From: an uncultured virus (IMG/VR IMGVR_UViG_3300025961_000410)
Lineage: Duplodnaviria > Heunggongvirae > Uroviricota > Caudoviricetes
Strand: one strand, 5' to 3'
Virus record (IMG/VR): IMGVR_UViG_3300025961_000410
Length of the DNA stretch: 64,000 bases
The notes under the pieces were generated by a model. The model saw only the letters and a list, made by a program, of their open reading frames with translations. It did no database searches and was not told where the DNA came from. This document shows, piece by piece, positions 59,268-64,000 of the stretch. The position numbers and the translations under genes are program-made. Position 1 is the first letter of the stretch, and each line of letters begins with the position of its first letter.

Positions 59268-59581
59268 GTCTTTCTCATGTTCAATCGTTTACATTCTTCT
59301 AGATTGGTGACCCGCAAGATACACATCGCTCCCTGCATCCAGCAAGCCCATCTCATAGCTTTGGTTGGCTTATCGGCAGCTGCTAACCCCTCTTCTGAAC
59401 CCATCCACAGTAAATGACTCAACTGCTCTTGAGCAGTTATAGGGTTATTAGATCGTTCAGCATGTCGAACAAAGTTGTTTCTAGCAATGAAAGTCTCAAC
59501 TTTAAAGGCAAGTTTCGCCATCACCCAACGCCATCGCCTGTGCTCGTCTAGATACTCCTCTCGTATCATTTCAGGTGTCAT
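59249..59581 (-). CDS. Conserved hypothetical phage protein
   Basis: LSHLLWM...KAMRW..WMQG pattern. Confidence 0.6.
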   Translation of the reverse strand: MTPEMIREEYLDEHRRWRWVMAKLAFKVETFIARNNFVRHAERSNNPITAQEQLSHLLWMGSEEGLAAADKPTKAMRWACWMQGAMCILRVTNLEECKRLNMRKTWEENR

Positions 59582-59847
59582 GTTCGATCATCCCTATTGG
59601 TTGTTGCATCTGGTTGAGAAATGTCTGGAGGATTCTCTGATCTAGATTCGACCAACTTAACCTGATCTAGACTAAGCTGTAGCTCAACAGGAACCTTCAG
59701 TAAGGTTACTACTGCTGTTGCTAGACCATCAACTTCAACCTTCCATTCAATCTTTTGAATTAGTGGTACTAAAACACCATTGACAATCAGCTTAGTACCA
59801 CGTGGGGTTCCATCAGAAATCAACATCACAGAACCTTCATTACTCAT
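59578..59847 (-). CDS. Hypothetical protein
   Basis: 89-aa ORF. Confidence 0.55.
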   Translation of the reverse strand: MSNEGSVMLISDGTPRGTKLIVNGVLVPLIQKIEWKVEVDGLATAVVTLLKVPVELQLSLDQVKLVESRSENPPDISQPDATTNRDDRT

Positions 59848-61013
59848 CGAAGCTGCTCCAATACTTTGTTGCCTTTTTCTAGCACACGCTCAAGATCTAA
59901 ACCGTTCAAGTTCTGCTTTCCAGACTTGACAAAAGCATCTAAATCTTGCTCCGGTGATGTGGTTTTTGTTAATGTCAGATTAGACCCCATTGTTAGAACA
60001 ACAGGTTGAACCTTAGTCGGTGGATTAACTCGTCTAGCTTGCAACTCTAGTTCCATAGTCTTTGCGTAGTTGGTTGGGATCTTCTCTAAAGCTAGTCTAG
60101 GACCTGTAAAAACCAAATCTACAATATTCCCCTTACAACCCTCACCATAAGATGCTTGGACTATTGCTTCAATTTCTTGAGAGGTTGGAAATCGGTTGTT
60201 AAGTCCAACATCCCATTCAACATCTACAAAATGTGGGCAGATACTCGGAACGAATTCACTAGTGATACTAGCAACATGGTCAACACGTTCACCCAAAGTA
60301 AAGAAAACAAAACCCCTACTATCACCTCTATCCCGTCTGCTTTGTTGAATGCAGGAACCAATGTAACCACCTCGAGTAAACTTGAATTCAATCTTTTGAG
60401 GAATGTGTACATCTCCTCCCAACACCAAATCAAACTCTGGATGGTCAAGTGAGTCCCTGTTCATACCAGTGTTCATCTTAAACTGAGACTGAACATCAAT
60501 GATAGTGCCAGCTAACAAATCATGAAACACCAAAATATCCCAGCCAGTTTTGCTATGTTGCCCTGGAATCTTGTAACAATCCCAAGTAAACTCTGAACCA
60601 GCCGGCAGTGCATGTATTCGAACGTCTGGAACTTTATCGTGCGTATAGGTTCCAGGGGTGTCCATAATCACCAAATTCTGATGGATATCTGGCCACAATT
60701 CTTTTGCAAATCTATTGCTATGGCCAGTATGGGCTGTTTTTCCTTGCCAGTCATGATTGCCCAACTCAGAAAATGTTACAATACCAGAATCATTTCGATA
60801 TCGTTGCTCACGATCCGCATGCAAACGGCTAACATCATCTGGTGTATGACTTAAAAATCTATCACCTGCAAAGATGGCGAAATCTACCTTACGCTCGATG
60901 CAGAGATTTGTAAACTGTCTTTCAACAGATGCTACGTCTTCTACTGTAACCCCGCTTCCGTAGGGATTCGCGTAGTGGATATCTGTGAATACCCCAAACG
61001 AGATCTGCTTCAC
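59844..61013 (-). CDS. SbcD/Mre11-like (gp47-like) metallophosphoesterase nuclease
   Basis: DIH, GDRF, GNHD, VFH, GDVH, YIGS. Confidence 0.9.
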   Translation of the reverse strand: MKQISFGVFTDIHYANPYGSGVTVEDVASVERQFTNLCIERKVDFAIFAGDRFLSHTPDDVSRLHADREQRYRNDSGIVTFSELGNHDWQGKTAHTGHSNRFAKELWPDIHQNLVIMDTPGTYTHDKVPDVRIHALPAGSEFTWDCYKIPGQHSKTGWDILVFHDLLAGTIIDVQSQFKMNTGMNRDSLDHPEFDLVLGGDVHIPQKIEFKFTRGGYIGSCIQQSRRDRGDSRGFVFFTLGERVDHVASITSEFVPSICPHFVDVEWDVGLNNRFPTSQEIEAIVQASYGEGCKGNIVDLVFTGPRLALEKIPTNYAKTMELELQARRVNPPTKVQPVVLTMGSNLTLTKTTSPEQDLDAFVKSGKQNLNGLDLERVLEKGNKVLEQLR

Positions 61014-61330
61014 GGTATGTGTGTTCCTTCTACACCCCTAGCTTTTCTATTATTAGCAGTACGCTTATCTAAAGCTTCCAACGCCAGCTTTAGATTCAAA
61101 ATAGCAGTGGCATTCTCTTCACACGAAAATTTTGAGGTTTGGTAGAAGGTTAACCTGTCTACTGCCATCTGAATCAAAGTCTCCACAAAAGCACCATTAG
61201 CAGATTCAGGTCGATAATCGGCTACTGGGCCATCTTGCCAATCAATAGCGATACCAAAAGCATGTGATGTTCCACCAGCTGGATTACCATCGTCATCTTT
61301 ATAAAAGTCGTTCTCAATTGGTTGTTTCAT
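61010..61330 (-). CDS. Tad1/Acb2-family cyclic-nucleotide sponge (anti-defence)
   Basis: WQDGP...NGAFVETLI...DRLTFYQ...SCEENATAI...KRT...RGVEGT resembles Tad1-family sequences. Confidence 0.7.
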   Translation of the reverse strand: MKQPIENDFYKDDDGNPAGGTSHAFGIAIDWQDGPVADYRPESANGAFVETLIQMAVDRLTFYQTSKFSCEENATAILNLKLALEALDKRTANNRKARGVEGTHIP

Positions 61331-62442
61331 GATGGTAACTCCGCTGTAGTATCAATCACAACATCTTTTGTCCAGATCTTAGCTCTAGGTGGGATGTCAT
61401 CACATTCACCTGTTACTGATCGATGTGAAATCAGATTGAAAAGTTCATCAGCTAGTGTAGGATCATTCTTCAAGTTTCTCATAGCAGTCTCTTTTCCTTG
61501 TCCAAGAGTTTGCCCTGCAAACTTATAGAAGCTACCATTCTTCTGAATCACGTTAAACTTGGAACCAACATCAATAATCTCATCGAATCTAGAAACACCT
61601 TCACCATATCGAATAGTGAGTTCCGCTTCCATGAATGGTGGTGCTACCTTATTCTTTACCACTTTAACCTTGGTGATGTTGGCGATCGCTTTCTGCTCAC
61701 TCGTTCCAGGAACACCAACCATTACAGTAGAGACTTTCTTGATTTCTACCCTAATCGACGAATAGAACTTCAGCGCACCACCACCAGGAGTATCAGTAGC
61801 AGGGCCATACTGGCTCAAAGTTTCTCGAATTTGATTCGTAAAGTAAAGTAGTACACCGGACTGACTTACTTTTCCTTTAAGCTTACCCATAGCAGTGGAC
61901 ATCATCCTAGCAGCTACTGCCATCGTTTGCTTATCAATCTCACCCTCTATGATGGTTTTAGGTGTCAAAGCCGCCACAGAATCTACTACAATGATGTCAC
62001 CCTTCTTAAACATTCCAGTGTCAAGAAGGTGATCTACGACTGCCAACCCCTGCTCACCAAAGTCAGGTTGACATAGAATCAACTTCTCTGGATCAACTCC
62101 TAGAGCTTTTGCATATGTCATGTCCAATGCATGCTCTGCATCAATGAAGGCAGCAATTCCACCACTCTTCATAGCTGAGGCTATAGCATGCAATGTAAGT
62201 GTGGTTTTACCTGCACTGTAAGGACCAAACACTTCTACGATTCTGCCTAACGGATACCCACCTACTCCAAGACATCTATCAAGAGTAAGAGATCCCGAAG
62301 ATAGCACTGGAATCTTCGGGATCTCTCCGTGCATAGTCTGCAGCGAAGCTCCCTCCACCTGAGATTCTACATGCTTAGTAATCGATAGAATACGTTCATG
62401 AAAATCTGGAACCTTAATGATAGGAGCTTTAGCTGCAGCCAT
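61327..62442 (-). CDS. recA: RecA recombinase
   Basis: GGYPLGRIVEVFGPYSAGKTT, FIDAEHALD, VDSVAAL, TNQIR, GGGALKFYSSIR, VVKNKVAPPF. Confidence 0.96.
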   Translation of the reverse strand: MAAAKAPIIKVPDFHERILSITKHVESQVEGASLQTMHGEIPKIPVLSSGSLTLDRCLGVGGYPLGRIVEVFGPYSAGKTTLTLHAIASAMKSGGIAAFIDAEHALDMTYAKALGVDPEKLILCQPDFGEQGLAVVDHLLDTGMFKKGDIIVVDSVAALTPKTIIEGEIDKQTMAVAARMMSTAMGKLKGKVSQSGVLLYFTNQIRETLSQYGPATDTPGGGALKFYSSIRVEIKKVSTVMVGVPGTSEQKAIANITKVKVVKNKVAPPFMEAELTIRYGEGVSRFDEIIDVGSKFNVIQKNGSFYKFAGQTLGQGKETAMRNLKNDPTLADELFNLISHRSVTGECDDIPPRAKIWTKDVVIDTTAELPS

Positions 62443-62456
62443 GTTATTACCTCAAC

Positions 62457-63587
62457 TCACCAAGAATTGTTACCACGACGACGAGTTGGTTGAGCACCTG
62501 CAGTTGTACTAGCCACTGGTTGAACAGCTGGTTGATCAACTGCAGTTACTGAACCACCTACTTGAACATTCGAATTACCTTGAACTGTCTGTGTAGGGGT
62601 TGGAGCAGTGAGATGACTTGAAGTTGGAACCCCAAACTTGAATGACACCATCTCATCATAGCTTTGAACACAAAGAACAGTGCCTTCAGAAAATGGAGCT
62701 CCCCAGGGCATGTCTGGTAGTGAGTTATCATCCTGAAGATAAGCCATTTCTTCAGGATTAACTGGCAATGGACCAAGATTCAAAACAGTATACTTTGCCT
62801 GGCGTGGACCACCTTCAGTACAGTCTTTTGTCAAAAGTATTTGCTGAGGCTTATCTGCATCGTAAAATGCAATTCCGTTTTCAGCTAGGTTATTCAACCC
62901 TTCAAAAACAGTCTTTGGTCCAAGATAGAACTGATAGTCGACTTGATTCTCACCCTCATCAAAAGGGCGCTCAAGAGCTAACTTAGCCATATCAAAAACC
63001 TGGAAAACCCATCGTGGTCCAGCTTGCCACTTTCCTGCTTCATCCTTGATTTGATTCAAATCAGGATTTTGTGACAAAATCTTCTTATAGGTGTCTTTAT
63101 CATAACCCCAACGATCAGGATTGAGAGCGGAACCATCAAGTTTTGATGTTGCCCAACGATTTTCGAACTTTGCCCACCAGGCTTTATTTTCTTCACAATA
63201 GCGACATCGACCATCTTTAAAGAGTGGTTGATACTTCAAAACATCAACCAAATACTTATTAGTCTCTGTAGGGCAGAGAATAAACTGTGAACGATTCTTA
63301 CCGAGTGAGTCAGTACTATCTACATAGTGACCCACCAACTTGAAATAAAAAGTCCATAGCCCATCGGGTAATGCGCCCTTCTTTAGGATGTGGTTGTCCT
63401 GTTGAAACAGACTCCACTTTGCTGGGCTAAAAAGTCCAAAGAAGATTTTGTTACCAACCTTGGTGGTGGCATGCTGCCCAACTGGCAAAGGCGCGTAAAG
63501 AATGCTAGCTGAACGGCTTCCACCCCCACCTTGCTTGTTAAGATCTTCAACGTCTGCCTTGATAGGCATATTCATAGTTCGTCCCAT
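62457..63587 (-). CDS. Probable gp32-like single-stranded DNA-binding protein
   Basis: H..C..CRYC metal-binding pattern, RWVFQVFD, KYTV, disordered tail; adjacent to recA. Confidence 0.5.
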   Translation of the reverse strand: MGRTMNMPIKADVEDLNKQGGGGSRSASILYAPLPVGQHATTKVGNKIFFGLFSPAKWSLFQQDNHILKKGALPDGLWTFYFKLVGHYVDSTDSLGKNRSQFILCPTETNKYLVDVLKYQPLFKDGRCRYCEENKAWWAKFENRWATSKLDGSALNPDRWGYDKDTYKKILSQNPDLNQIKDEAGKWQAGPRWVFQVFDMAKLALERPFDEGENQVDYQFYLGPKTVFEGLNNLAENGIAFYDADKPQQILLTKDCTEGGPRQAKYTVLNLGPLPVNPEEMAYLQDDNSLPDMPWGAPFSEGTVLCVQSYDEMVSFKFGVPTSSHLTAPTPTQTVQGNSNVQVGGSVTAVDQPAVQPVASTTAGAQPTRRRGNNSW

Positions 63588-63617
63588 TGTCTCTTCTCTC
63601 TTTTCGCCTTATTGGGC

Positions 63618-63986
63618 TTATTTGTTTTCTTTTGGCATATTCATACGACGTTTAGAAGTTGTCGTAAGAGGGGTTTGTTTATTCGTAGCTTTTTCGTCTG
63701 GTTGAAAAGGATCAGGATAAGAGTCAGCCCCACCATGACCATTAGGGCATGTAATTCCAGCTGGGGTCATAAACTGAAGCTGACCACATAGGTTACAAAA
63801 AGTTTTCTGAGATGGTGTTGAAACTACAGTTGGGGTATTTACTAGAGGTTGTAATGGGCTATAATCCGCTGGAGGCTGACTAGCCCTACTTGGTGGCCTA
63901 CTCTCTTGAGTATTGTACCTACTCAACTGATTCTGAGAACTGATGTTTCCATACTTAGCTAAGTCATGATCAGCGACTTCTTTCAT
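63618..63986 (-). CDS. Hypothetical protein (may start upstream of the window end)
   Basis: CNLC...CPNGH. Confidence 0.55.
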   Translation of the reverse strand: MKEVADHDLAKYGNISSQNQLSRYNTQESRPPSRASQPPADYSPLQPLVNTPTVVSTPSQKTFCNLCGQLQFMTPAGITCPNGHGGADSYPDPFQPDEKATNKQTPLTTTSKRRMNMPKENK

Positions 63987-64000
63987 CTTGAAAGCTCGCT

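Noticed and set aside
17..63791. The remaining plus-strand ORFs in the track
   Set aside because: Nearly all overlap well-supported minus-strand genes and lack recognisable motifs
1..64000. Stop-codon reassignment as seen in some large phages
   Set aside because: Conserved enzymes are full length in the standard code, and TAA, TAG and TGA all terminate genes

Overview
This window is a 64-kb segment of a large (jumbo-type) tailed phage genome. It is AT-leaning, uses the standard genetic code, and essentially every credible gene lies on the minus strand, often with TGATG/ATGA/TAATG coupling. In transcription order (right to left) the modules are: (1) recombination and nucleotide genes (SSB-like, RecA, Tad1/Acb2-like sponge, SbcD/SbcC, MazG-like, dCTP deaminase, dNMP kinase, RusA-like, trigger-factor-like); (2) large probable head proteins punctuated by K/R-x-A motifs, with a GC-richer two-gene exported-protein moron; (3) two sigma-70-family factors, ThyX and a vWA protein; (4) many small genes, six behind an identical leaderless-type promoter, plus tRNA-Arg(TCT) and two structured non-coding regions; (5) NusG-like, SLT-like and GH25 lysozyme genes; (6) an NAD salvage cluster (Nampt, CinA-like/NMNAT, Nudix) and a dual-specificity phosphatase; (7) terminase large subunit, two paralogous collagen-like fibres and a HipA/PI3K-like kinase. 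Several proteins point to a Myxococcota host (inference). The strongest novelty candidates are a putative KxA-processed polyprotein/cargo system with a shared GGPGSGRKK module, the leaderless promoter regulon, a plus-strand multi-helix ncRNA candidate near 28.6-28.95 kb, and a 16-nt element able to pair with either of two ribosome-binding sites. All family calls come from motif recognition by eye; no searches were run.
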